This document shows positions 53,271 through 64,000 of a stretch of DNA of 64,000 nt, piece by piece. The notes beneath the pieces are model-generated. The model saw nothing but the letters and a program-made list of their open reading frames with translations, was not told the origin of the DNA and searched no databases. Each line of letters starts with the position of its first letter. Within the stretch, counting starts at the first letter, position 1. Location of the stretch: NCBI GenBank assembly GCA_964106915.2, contig OZ066918.1, one strand, 5' to 3'. This DNA comes from Podarcis gaigeae. Lineage: Eukaryota. Made by a program: the position numbers and the translations under genes.

Positions 53271-54011
53271 AACTGTGGGACCTTTTCATGACAGTCGCAG
53301 CCATGCCCTCTCACAGCCACACACCCTTCTAAGATTATTCAACCGTCTAAGATTATGCAGTAATAATAATTAGGGATGCAACAATCGATGCAGCTCTCCA
53401 TGTGTTGCCTTTCAGCTAGATCTAATATTTTCTGTGCGGGTATGCACAGGCAAATTATTTGGAGCACTCCAATATCTTCTTTTCAGAGTGATTCAAGTTG
53501 TGTTTTCCACAAAGTTCCTTTGTAAGTAGCAGAACTCTCACACTATTCTTGTGAAACTGGATAGTCCCTTGTGTTTTCAGTGTTCCTCAGTGGTTAGCAT
53601 TGGAGCATAGAGAACAACTCTTCTGTGTTCTTCCCACACGCCTTCTCCAGAATCACCCTAGGAGCCAATCCTCAGTGGCTGACTCACCTCCTTCCACTCA
53701 GTCAACCCAAAGGGTGAGAAGACTCTGGACTAGATGGGTCTTTGGTCTTATCCAGCAGGGTTCCTGTTATTTTGGTTACATTCTTAACATACACACAAAC
53801 TACATTGTCTTATGAGAAAAGCAGTAATTCAATGGTAGGAGCACACTTAATCTCTTGTGTCTCCAGGTGGGGTGGTGAAACACTCTTGCCTGGAGGTCCA
53901 CTGCTAGTTGGTGTTCACAGTACTGAGCCAGATCGACCCATGGCCTGATTTGGCATAAGGCAGCTTCACATGGTTCAGTCGGTAGAGCATGAGACTCTTA
54001 ATCCTGTGGTT

Positions 54012-54326
54012 GGGTATACAGGGCTGAGGCTGTTTAGGGCCTAAGAGGTCAACACCAACACTTCGAACTGTGTTCAGAAATGTACTGGGAGCCAATGTAG
54101 ATCTTTTAGGACCAGTGTTATATGGTCTCGGCAGCCACTCCCAGTCACCAGTCTGGCAGCCACATTCTGGATTAATTGTAGTTTCCAAGTCACCTTCAAA
54201 GGTAGTCCCATGTATAGAACATTGTGGTAGTCCAAACTGGAGATAACCAGAGCATGTATCACTATAGTGAGGCAGAGTGCAAACAGGTAAGGTCTCAGCC
54301 AACAGACCAGATGGAGCTGGTAGACA
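54012..54326 (-). mobile_element. L2 LINE ORF2 fragment abutting a tRNA-Lys SINE head (53972-54011)
   Basis: ORF 54074-54331 VIHALVISSLDYHNVLYMGLP...KLQLIQNVAARLVTG...HITLVLKDLHWLPV is the L2 ORF2 motif. Confidence 0.9.
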
Positions 54327-54421
54327 GCCACCTATGTTCCTATGACCACTTTGCTTAGCTGGGATCACCTCCTGTGATGACAAAGAGAGATCTCTAGATA
54401 TCAAGGCACTATCTTCTAACA

Positions 54422-54582
54422 GGTAGGTAGCTGTGTTGGTCTGCCATAGTCAAAACAAAATAAAAAAAATTCCTTCCAGTAGCACCTTAGAGACCAACAC
54501 ATGCACACAAAAGCACATACCAATAACAAACTTAGTTGGTCTCTAAGGTGCTACTGGAAGGATTTTTTTATTTTGTATTTTG
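54422..54582. mobile_element. Penelope-like element remnant with inverted terminal segment
   Basis: Perfect 28-bp inverted repeat at 54471-54498 and 54535-54562. 12-bp TSD TATCTTCTAACA at 54410-54421 and 54583-54594. Sequence recalled as a reptile Penelope pseudo-LTR. Confidence 0.8.
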
Positions 54583-55675
54583 TATCTTCTAACAATTAGC
54601 TTCCTTTGAAGAAACATCAACCAGCCACCCTTGGCCATTAAAAAGCAAAGGAATGGTCCCAGAAGCCAAAATAGTATTTATATAGCATTTTCCCAAAGCC
54701 CTTGAAGCTCTTGCCATATATTATCTTGTTATCTTTACATCAACCCTGTAAATACATCCATAATTCAACCACTCATATCTTCAGTATAGGACAAAAAGGG
54801 CTGGCACCCAAGGGAACAAGTCGTAATTGACAGATCAATGTCTTTAACAGCTATCAAGACCGGGTGAGAGAGACATTCTAAAAATCAAATTATTATTACT
54901 TTTCTAAAAGGCAATGAGCAGGCTTGCACTTGGAGCAATCAGGGCAGCTGAGAGTCCAGAGGCAACCTAGCAAAACGACAGTAGAGATTAATAAGGGTTG
55001 AGAGAAATGTCAACATGTGGGCAAAAGGAAGCCTCCTAAGGTCTCGCAGATCTCCACCCTCCAAGCCTGGCTATGGTTTATTAAGATTCAATGAGCCAAG
55101 GGTTTATTAAGCAACATGCTCAATCGCTGAATCTACAAGCATCATCAAATTTCATTGGAACAAACTATCACCGGCTGATGCCAAGGGCACATTACTGCTT
55201 CCAGCCAGGTCTTTAGGTTCTAAATTAACCTTTTCACAGCTGCCAGGCACCACAGTGGCTGTGTTTTGCTTTTTTTTAAAAAAATAGCAAATTAGATACA
55301 CATCTTTGCCTCCTGCGAGACTCGGGATGCAAGAACCCTTGAAAATTGCTATGCCCACTGCTGCTGCAACATCGCAGCCGTTCTTCACAAGTTTCTGGCT
55401 GGATGTTTTCATGGCTGTAGGCTGCACCTGAAAAAAGAGTCAGGGTGGGATGGGATGGGGTATCTCGCTCCTTGTTCTTAGCGAGGTCAGCCTCTTGATT
55501 GACAAGTTGACATGTCCAGCTGACAGATCTGTCAGGGGCTTTCAGTGGCCTCTAGCTAAGCAGTTTCAGTGCATCATCCACTGTGCTCATTTGATTCCCT
55601 GCAAGGGTTATACAAGCCACCTTCTGATATACTAGTAGATATTTGAGAATAGTCCTTCACTTTCCTTCTCAACTG

Positions 55676-55964
55676 TGTGGCGTCCATACGTAGCCCCCGG
55701 TCTAACGGACTATTGACCTGTACACCACTAATCCGGGGAGAACCAACCAGGTTCTCCCCAGTAAATCACTTAGTCTCAGTCAGGCTCTCAAGTTAACAAC
55801 AAAGATTGTAGTTTTCCCCCTACTGTCTTTCCCCTACTGTCTAAACCTCCGGCTAAGCCTTTTAAAAACAGGTAGGCTCCGCCTCTGGGCTTTCTATTGC
55901 TCTACCTATTAGCCCTTTCTCTCCCCCTGTACAAACATTTCCAAAAGAACGGGCAAACGCCACA
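55676..55964. mobile_element. Solo LTR (289 bp)
   Basis: TG...CA ends with an 8-bp inverted repeat TGTGGCGT / ACGCCACA. Perfect 5-bp TSD AACTG at 55671-55675 and 55965-55969. Confidence 0.85.
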
Positions 55965-56152
55965 AACTGTTATTTATTTTTATTTGTGTCAATGTTGTTG
56001 ACTGGCTAAAGAATTTATTGCTGTTGATTAATTAACACACTGCCTCTGGTGAACGTCAGACTTTGGGACACTGTTTCTGTTGCATTTGACATCCAGTCTG
56101 GTGGAAAGTTCTAGCAAACTCCAAATGTTGCACATGACTTTGTGACATTCTG

Positions 56153-57837
56153 TTTTGTTTTGTTTTTAAAATAATTTTTATTAAGATTTTCCAAATTAAA
56201 ACAAATTAAATCCAATTTATACACTTCTTCCAATAACCAAGACTTCCCCCTCCCCCCCTCTTGTGTTCCAAATCTTCTAAATAAACAATTAAATTCAACA
56301 AGTTCTTATCCCCAGATTACACTCATCGTCAATAACCCAATTTTTTCAAATTCCCATCCCCTAAGATCTGTCTTCCCTTCCACGAGTTCCCCCCTTTCAG
56401 ATATAGTGCAGATGAAAAGAAAATACAAAAAGAAAAAAGAAAAAATAATTTTACAGCCTTTGGATTCCAAATTTCCCTCCCCTCTTTCCCTGTTGCGTTC
56501 CTTATATCCCTCCAATTCTAATATCTTCCTGGTGTTCCCACATTTCACTAAACCCATATCTCTCTGATTCTTTACCAGTCATTTTTAATCACAAGTGTCC
56601 AATCTTAGAAGGAGTCTATCTCAAAAAGGGGCTCATTTCTTCTATCCAGATTTTTGTATCCAGGAGTAAAAACTCCAATTTTGTTTCCATAAGCTTGTCA
56701 AATCTGGATATCCCAAATGTCCCCACTTCCAGTTCTGTCCAGTTCTTGTTGTTTCCTTATTCTTGTCGGTCACTCTCCTCCTTTTTGTTTCCCTGTTCTC
56801 CCGCAGAAAGGTTCTTTTCCCAAAAGCTTCTAATTCCTCTGCAGAGGCTTGTTATTCAGGAGCAAAACATTACGTCATGTCCCTTTCATTTTCCAACAGA
56901 TAAATCCATTGTTTCTTGTAGTATGTAGACCTCTGTAGACAAAATAATGTCCCATTTCTGCAGTTTCCCAGGAGGTTGAAAGTTCTGTTCAACTGTTCAA
57001 GTTTCCTAGCAAAAACACATGCAATATCCCTCAGCTCCTCTAGATGGATTGCAGTAACTGAGTTCCCTTCCAGATCACATCCACCAGTCCAAATAGGTTG
57101 TTAATCCTTATTTGAAACAATTTGTATCCAATTTATATCCAAATGTAACTGGCAAAGTCCTCAAAACACCGTCTCTATTTTGTTCTTCCGTTTTGACAGC
57201 TCTTTGACAGCTGTCAAAACCTCCATTACTCTTCTCCAGGTATTCTCGCAGATCGCTCCAGGGATTCCGGGGGGGGGGGGTTGCTTTTTAATGCAAATTC
57301 TCCTTTTCTCCTCCAGCTCAAACTTATAATTTTCCCTCGCGAAGTTGTTAGTTCATCAAGATAGGGTTACACTCGATCTTAGTTGTCAAGTCCTATGTTT
57401 TGTCTTTTCTACAATAAAGGGGGGGCTGACTTCCTTTTTCCACCTCCCCCGTTCGCATCAAATTTTAAAAATTTATCCCTCTTTTTAATCCATAGTCCAA
57501 TTACTCACGGGTTTTTCTTTTGGATCCAAATTTTCAATAGAAGAAGCTAGCGCTCTCCACCGAATGGCATGCGGCTTCGCTCGGCAGGGGAAGCGGCGGA
57601 CTCAAAGCACCACCACCCCCCAGGCGCCCGTTCCTTAGCCTTTAAAAAGGCTCTTTCGCGGGCCGGGGAGGGGCGCAAAGGTGCCAGCCGAGTCACCATG
57701 TCCATGGGGCTCCGTGCCCATGGCTTTTGAGGGTCCCCGCGTCGCCGGCGCGGTAGAACCCAACCCCTGCCGAGCCGGCTCCCTCCGGAGCACGGAGGGA
57801 GCCCGCCATTCGGCGATGGCGCCAACCCGGAAGTCCC
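56153..57837 (-). mobile_element. Full-length non-autonomous L1-type retroposon (HAL1-like or ORF-less), 1685 bp
   Basis: 17-bp perfect TSD GACTTTGTGACATTCTG at 56136-56152 and 57838-57854. CpG-rich 5' end starting GGGACTTCCGG. G-rich 3' tract, AATAAA and (AAAAC)n tail. No long ORF. Confidence 0.85.
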
Positions 57838-59029
57838 GACTTTGTGACATTCTGGCTGGTCCTAATCAAGGTGTTATCATGCTGTGGCTTTGGGGGTTGT
57901 TGTAATGGGCCATCAATTTTTATGTGCCTTGTAGTATGTTGTCCTGGGCCATGAAGGAGAGGGAACTTTAATCCAGAAGGAAAATATCTTCTGAAATAAG
58001 AAAACAGTTTAACTTGGGGGACAGGGAATGCATGACACTAACTTACCCAGTTTTAATGTATTTATGTGGGTGAGGGGATGGTTGGTTGCAACTCACTTTG
58101 GGTTTCCTTAGGCAAGAGAAAGTGACTAAAAATTCATTAAATAGCAATATCTTCCCCTTCCCTCTTCTCTCCCTATGTGCCCCACATGCCCCCTAGCCAT
58201 GGAATCTGCTGTGGGGGGATTGGGGGGGACCAGAACCAATTTGGACAACACAGGGAGAAGAGGAAGTTTCCTTGTGCAAGCAGACGTCATTGCAGGAGTG
58301 GAAGAACTTAGCTGAATGCAAGCCCTCCCTCTCCGAGATGACGTGTGCATATCTCATAGCAATCTCCATCATGTTTTTTGTTGTTTTAAATGCGTTTTTG
58401 GCTTTATTCTTAATTGTATTGCTTTTCCCCTTTGGTATTCCTTTGGAAGGAAGGGTGGGATACAAAATATTAATAAATAAGTGGAAGAATCTCAATTAAT
58501 CAGCAGGCAGATTTCCTCTTCCAATGTAACTATTTTCAGTATGCAGGTGGATGGCACTATCTTAGGGTGTTTCCAGGAAGCCTGTTTATTGATTGTTTGT
58601 TCTGATTTGTTTTCAGGGAGGTTAGATGATGCTTGAAAGCAAGTGTCATCCCACACTTTCCAATTTCCTGTCACTTTCCTTATTGCAAAAAGGCTGGCTC
58701 TTTGGAGGGGAGGGTTGTTGCACACGACCTCCCTATGAACTACAATTGTGTGACCTGAATTTGTCCGTATGTGATTGGGTCCCACCTGAAAATACCAGCA
58801 CTCTGGAAGCATCCCTTTGGAGATGAATTCTACTCTCTCCCTCACCATGGATCTTCTGAGAGGCTGTGATGCTTTTATTCATCTATTGTTCACAGGAATA
58901 TTTTCATTTGTTCTGATTTGCAATAGTTAATGAATTATGTTGTTTGTTTTTGATGTTGTGAGCCATTTTGGAATGTAGATCATCCCTGACAAGTGGCATG
59001 ATAGATTCACTTATTTATTAAATCTCATT

Positions 59030-60280
59030 GGATCGTCTAACCCTTAGAATGGGAAATGAAAGATGAGCCTGTGAAATCATATATGATTAATCTGGCAAGG
59101 GGTGTGGGGCACAATATTGAGTCTGCACTATGGGAGAAGCTATGGGAAATGAACCTGAAAAACTGTGTGTTATATATTGAAGTAAAGCCACATGAAAATG
59201 ATCCACAGATGGTATTTAATGCCAAGTAGACTAGCAAAACTGTTTAAAGTTGGGACAGGCAAATGCTTGAAGTGTAAAGAGGTAGAATAATCATTTTACC
59301 ACACGTGGTGGTTGAGTAAAGTAATCAAGGAATTCTGGGAAATGATTCATAACAAATTAAAAATATTTCAGAGAATATTTCACAAGAAACCAGAAGCTTT
59401 TCTTCTGGGAATAGTAACAACATAAGTCCGCAAATGGGTGGGGACACAGGTGGCGCTGTGGGTTAAACCACAGAGCCTAGGACTTGCCGATCAGAAGGTT
59501 GGCGGTTCGAATCCCCGCGATGGGGTGAGCTCCCGTTGCTCTGTCCCAGCTCCTGCCCACCTAGCAGTTCGAAAGTACGTCAAAGTGCAAGTAGATAAAT
59601 AGGTACCGCTCTGGCGGGAAGGTAAACAACATTTCCGTGTGCTGTTCTGGTTCGCCAGAAGCAGATTAGTCATTCTGGCCACATGACCCGGAAGCTGTAC
59701 TCCAGCTCCCTCGGCCAATAAAGCAAGATGAGCACCGCAACCCCAGAGTCGGCCACGACTGGACCTAATGGTCAGGGGTCCCTTTACCTTTAAGTCCCCC
59801 AATATTTTTTAAAATATATATATATATTATGTATGCCACTACAGCAGCCTGAATTTTGCTTGCACAAAAATGGAGAACAGGTGTAGTACTGACCATGAAG
59901 GAATGGCACTTTAAGTTGTTGGAATATGTGGAGCTGGTGGGTCTGACCAGTAAGATAAGAGAACAAGATGATGAAGAATACAAAACGGATTGGAAAATGT
60001 TTGTACAGTATTTTAAAAATCAGTATAAACAAGTGAACAGATTAGCAGGACTTGAATAAATTCAGCAGTATAAGTGGAAGTAGGAGTAGTAAGAAGAGTA
60101 GAACTTGGTAACTTGGAAGAGAGGGAAAAGAAAATATATCAGAGAAGGAGAGGAAGGGAAATCCTTCGGTGTTTTGTGTTGTGTCCTTGGTTTTTCATGG
60201 TTTTGTTTTCATTTTTCTTCATTTATTCTTTACTTTCTTTTTCTTTTTAATTGTATGTAAAAACACATAATAAAAATTAC
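59030..60280 (+). mobile_element. Degenerate L1 ORF2 3' region plus 3' UTR, interrupted by a Sauria SINE
   Basis: KMIHRWYLMPSRLAKLF...KCLKC...YHTWW..K..KEFW is a decayed CCHC domain. It continues as ILLAQKW...DWKMF...LAGLE*. AATAAA lies near 60269. Confidence 0.9.
59436..59790 (+). mobile_element. Sauria SINE (Squam1), full length
   Basis: Homologous to 38192-38547. Imperfect TSD TAAGTCCGCAAAT / TAAGTCCCCCAAT. Confidence 0.95.
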
Positions 60281-61537
60281 TTTCAATTAACCCCACTGAT
60301 TAATTGACAAAGCACTGCAGCTGGAGGAGGAGCTGTCAAAAATGTCAGGGCAGCATTGCAGATGGTTTTATGGCATGGGGAAGCAGAGAAAGCTAAATCA
60401 AAGCTGGCTTGTGAAAGGTAAGTGGTGTTCCATTGAAATATCAGTAGACGTGTGCCAAAGAAAGCAGGCGCCATTGTATCAAAGCACTGCGAGCTGCCTT
60501 TTCCCCTTCCTTCCAAAGAACACCAAGCTCCTGATCCCGCAATATTAAAAACAAACAAACAGCTAGCTCTCTCAGGTACCTTCCTCAGCGCAATCACATA
60601 TTTCACCCTTCCATGTATAATAGCATTTGTTTCGGCTAGCCAATTCATAATGCGCTTTACCTTACAAGAACTCTGTTTTTGTGTGTTCCCATTTCTAACC
60701 ACTCTTCCGGGTATTTGCAAACCCCTCTCTCCTATACCTCTTGAAAGAATTACTTTTCAGAGAATGCAAAGCATGGGGTGGGGAGCCTCTTGTTCTTGGA
60801 AGCAGTGAGAATCAGTTCACTTGAGAAAACATGCTCAGCAGAGAAAAGGGAGCTTGAGAATCCCTGGATTCAGTTCCAGCCAAGCCAGGGCAAAAAGTTC
60901 GATACCACTCATGTGCCAGGTCAACAGCAGGTCGCTTTCATCTCATTAAAGAAAACAGGGTGAATGGGTATTCACTGCAGATCCTTATACAACACTTAAC
61001 ATTTTCCTCACTTTGTGATGGAAGGTTAAGATGCTCCTGTCCTCTCAAGCCTATTACGTATTTGGCTACTGTTGCTTTGATCTGTTTAAAAAGAATACAT
61101 TATATAGCTGGCAGAGGGCAGCAGGATGCTCCCCAGTCCACCAGACCCAGTGCCTTGGAAATGAGCACATGACCCTTCTAAGATGTTGCCATCAGAGTGG
61201 GCAGAGCTAGGGGCAAGAAGGTTGGCATCAGACAGTTGCTAGAGCCAACCCCCAGCATGGTTGCAGCTGACTTGGTGGTAGGGAGGAAGAAAATGCCTCC
61301 TGGCTCATCTAGAAGCTCATCTAGAACAGGGTTCTACTGAACAGCATCAGTTTCAATCCAAATTAGCTCAAAAGAACGATGAATTCCTGTCCTGTTCTCA
61401 GGCTTCCTCTTTTTGCTCACCATCACCTCCATTTCCTATTGTCTATGTAACCTGAAGAGCACGTAAATGATGTATTGATTTCCATTATAAACTTGGCTGA
61501 GCAGACGACCTGCTTAGATTGTCCTCATTGCTTAAAG

Positions 61538-61656
61538 CAGTGTTTCCCAAACTTGAGTCTCCAGCTGTTTTTGGACTACAACTCCCATTATCCCTAGCTG
61601 GCAGGGTGAGTGGTCAGGGAAGATGGCGATTGTAGTCCCACGTTTGAGAAACACTG
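61538..61656. mobile_element. hAT MITE (ACTACAACTCCCA family)
   Basis: TIRs CAGTGTTTCCCAAAC / GTTTGAGAAACACTG. Confidence 0.8.
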
Positions 61657-61683
61657 GTCCAGTTTCTGACATTTGCTCCACAA

Positions 61684-61704
61684 GGAACTGGCCGTGGTGC
61701 TGAT
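61684..61704 (-). promoter_or_regulatory. Candidate RE1/NRSE (REST-binding) element
   Basis: Minus strand ATCAGCACCACGGCCAGTTCC matches consensus TTCAGCACCACGGACAGCGCC at 17/21 positions with canonical half-site spacing. Confidence 0.55.
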
Positions 61705-61793
61705 TTCCTGCAGTTAGGTCTGCCTTCCGCTGAGTTTCGCCAGCACTCCTACAAGGTCCTGGCCTGAAATACAGATAGAGAGAAACACACATA

Positions 61794-62035
61794 CAGTGGT
61801 ACCTCGGGTTACATATGCTTCAGGTTACAGACGCTTCAGGTTACAGACTCTGCTAACCCAGAAATAGTACCTCGGGTTAAGAACTTTGCTTCAAAATGAG
61901 AACAGAAAACGTGCTCCAGCGGCACGGCGGCAGCAGGAGGCCCCATTAGCTAAAGTGGTGCTTAAGGTTAAGAACAGTTTCAGGTTAAGAACAGACCGCC
62001 AGAACGAATTAAGTTCTTAACCCGAGGTACCACTG
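61794..62035. mobile_element. Tc1/mariner MITE (CAGTGGTACCTC family)
   Basis: Perfect TIR CAGTGGTACCTCGGGTTA with TA flanks. Confidence 0.92.
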
Positions 62036-62881
62036 TATCATCATCACCAGCACCACCAACACAGCAGTCCTTTTGCTAATAATAATATAAAATAGATTCC
62101 CAACAGATGAGGCTGCACGGTTCTGATGAGGTGGCTCCCGCCTTCTGACATGCCGTTTTCCACTGTCCTTTGCAATCGGCAGATATCTTTAACCTTCTGG
62201 GGTTGCCATGCTCTGGCACACAGTTCCTGCTATGTCCCCCGTCCCCGTCCCCCCGCTGCTGACAAATAACTCATTCTGTGACTGAAATCACCGCTTGAGC
62301 ATCCTTTCGAAAAACAAATTGTCGAGGAGACAGTAATCAATTCTGTGTCTCCATGTTATTACAGCTATAACCGACCCCTAAAAATTAACCTGTCTTTTGG
62401 GAATGCCCTTCAGCCAGAAGCGAGCAAATCTTATAAGAGCAGAAGATTCAGCCTTCGTCCCAGTCGAAGCAAGGGGTGAAGTTCTCCACTCTTCCTGCAA
62501 AACGAGGAGCTTGCAGATGGCTTGCGATGCATCTAGCCACAAATCTCTGCACATCCAAATAAATGCACCTGAACTTTAAAAACGAGGAGGGGCCACCACT
62601 GAAAAGGACAGCACCTGCTTGCATGCAGAAGGCATTAGGTCCAATCCATGGCATTAGCAGCTTCAAAGGGCAACGGAACCTGGCTGCAGCATCTGAAATC
62701 ATGCCTGAAACTATGGAGAGCTGCTATCAACCAGAATAGGGTATATACTGCAATGGTGCACAGAAATAAATAGTCCGACGAGACTGCTGAAAGGATAAAG
62801 AAAACTTGGGTATAGGTTTTACATGTGGTCAAGATGGAGCCAATTAGTTAACACTAGCAGAAGCTGACTCATACTCAAAAC

Positions 62882-63017
62882 CAGGCATCCCCAAACTCGA
62901 CCCTACAGCTGTTTTGGGACTACAACTCCTATCATCCCTAGATAACAGGACCAGTGGTCAGGGATGATGGGAATTGTAGTCCCAAAACAGCAGGAGGGCT
63001 GAGTTTGGGGATGCCTG
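62882..63017. mobile_element. hAT MITE (ACTACAACTCCCA family)
   Basis: TIRs CAGGCATCCCCAAACTC / GAGTTTGGGGATGCCTG. TSD CTCAAAAC / CTCATAAC. Confidence 0.9.
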
Positions 63018-63160
63018 CTCATAACAGACCTTGGAGAAGAAGCAGAAAGGAAGTAAGCCTGAGAGGATGTGATCTACTTTACCAACAAGCATACTAAAAG
63101 TGAACGGATCAGTGAGCTGAGCAAAAGGTTGCCTTTCCATCACCCTCTACTGGCTCAGGT

Positions 63161-63652
63161 TGTTGTTGTTGTTTAGTCATTTAGTCATGTCCAACTCTTC
63201 GTGACCCCATGGACCAGAGCACGCCAGGCACTCCTGTCTTCCACTACCTCCCACAGTTTGATCAAACTCATGCTGGTAGCTTCGAGAACACTGTCCTTTT
63301 GTCCTCTGTTGTCCCCTTCTCCTTGTGCCCTCCATCTTTCCCAACATCAGGGTCTTTTCCAGGGAGTCTTCTCTTCTCATGAGGTGGCCAAAGTATTGGA
63401 GTCTCAGCTTCAGGATCTGTCCTTCCAGTGAGCACTCAGGGATGATTTCCTCAAGAATGGATAGGTTTGATCTTCTTGCAGTCCATGGGCCTCTCAAGAG
63501 TCTCCTCCAGCACCATAATTCAAAAGCATCAATTCTTCGGCGATCAGCCTTCTTTATGGTCCAGCTCTCACTTCCATATATCACTACTGGGAAAACCATA
63601 GCTTTAACAGTACAGACCTTTGTTGGCAAGGTGATGTCTCTGCTTTTTAAGA
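63161..63652 (-). mobile_element. Bov-B (RTE) LINE, 5'-truncated 3' end
   Basis: ORF 63177-63629 reads VKAMVFPVVIYGSESWTIKKADRRRIDAFELWCWRRLL. (CAA)n tail. 13-bp TSD TACTGGCTCAGGT at 63148-63160 and 63653-63665. Confidence 0.95.
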
Positions 63653-64000
63653 TACTGGCTCAGGTACCTAAGTGCAAGCATTGTTGCTTTCCTTGCCCCA
63701 CCTAATAGATTTAGTTTTGGACAAGGCAGCAGAGGACAAGTCTTCAGTTATCTTCTCAGCAGCTGTGCAGGGTTAGGTCAAATGCTGTGATGTGGAAGTA
63801 CACATGCAACTGCAAAGGAAAGCCCAAAGGCAAGTGTTCGATATGATAACGCAGGGGTGAGATGCTGGGTGTAGTTCTGAAGATGTCCACCACTATTACT
63901 GCCACCAGAATGGCACACATACACTTGCCTTCTTCCCCCAGGTCTCATGCAGGGGTGCTTGGGAAATTTGAATCCTGTCCATCCCATTGCAAATGGATCT

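Noticed and set aside
57550-57837. CpG island as a host-gene promoter
   Set aside because: It lies entirely inside the TSD-bounded retroposon.
11546-63017. Recurrent ACTACAACTCCCA and GTAACCTGAAG motifs as a CRISPR-like or satellite array
   Set aside because: They are dispersed internal motifs of MITE families in eukaryotic DNA, with no repeat-spacer periodicity.

Overview
This is eukaryotic, repeat-rich, non-coding DNA from a squamate reptile, most likely a lacertid lizard. The lineage call rests on recognisable Sauria/Squam SINEs, Bov-B, L2, CR1, L1 and Penelope relics, and many hAT and Tc1/mariner MITEs. I see no intact protein-coding gene, rRNA, functional tRNA or CRISPR array. The recognisable ORFs are LINE fragments and one decayed C2H2 zinc-finger fragment. 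The window looks like a large intron or gene desert. It has several repeat-free blocks resembling conserved non-coding elements, a good RE1/REST match, a CTCF match and two minus-strand microexon candidates, which together hint at a neuronal host gene (unproven). The most notable object is a 1685-bp, apparently young and full-length but ORF-less L1-type retroposon at 56153-57837 (minus strand). It has a perfect 17-bp target-site duplication (TSD) and a CpG-rich hairpin leader. Other points of interest are a Penelope-type 28-bp fold-back element with a hammerhead remnant, a solo LTR, tRNA-Lys and tRNA-Asn SINE heads on one CR1-type tail, and two Bov-B copies truncated at nearly the same point. 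Family names come from recall of consensus sequences, not from database searches.
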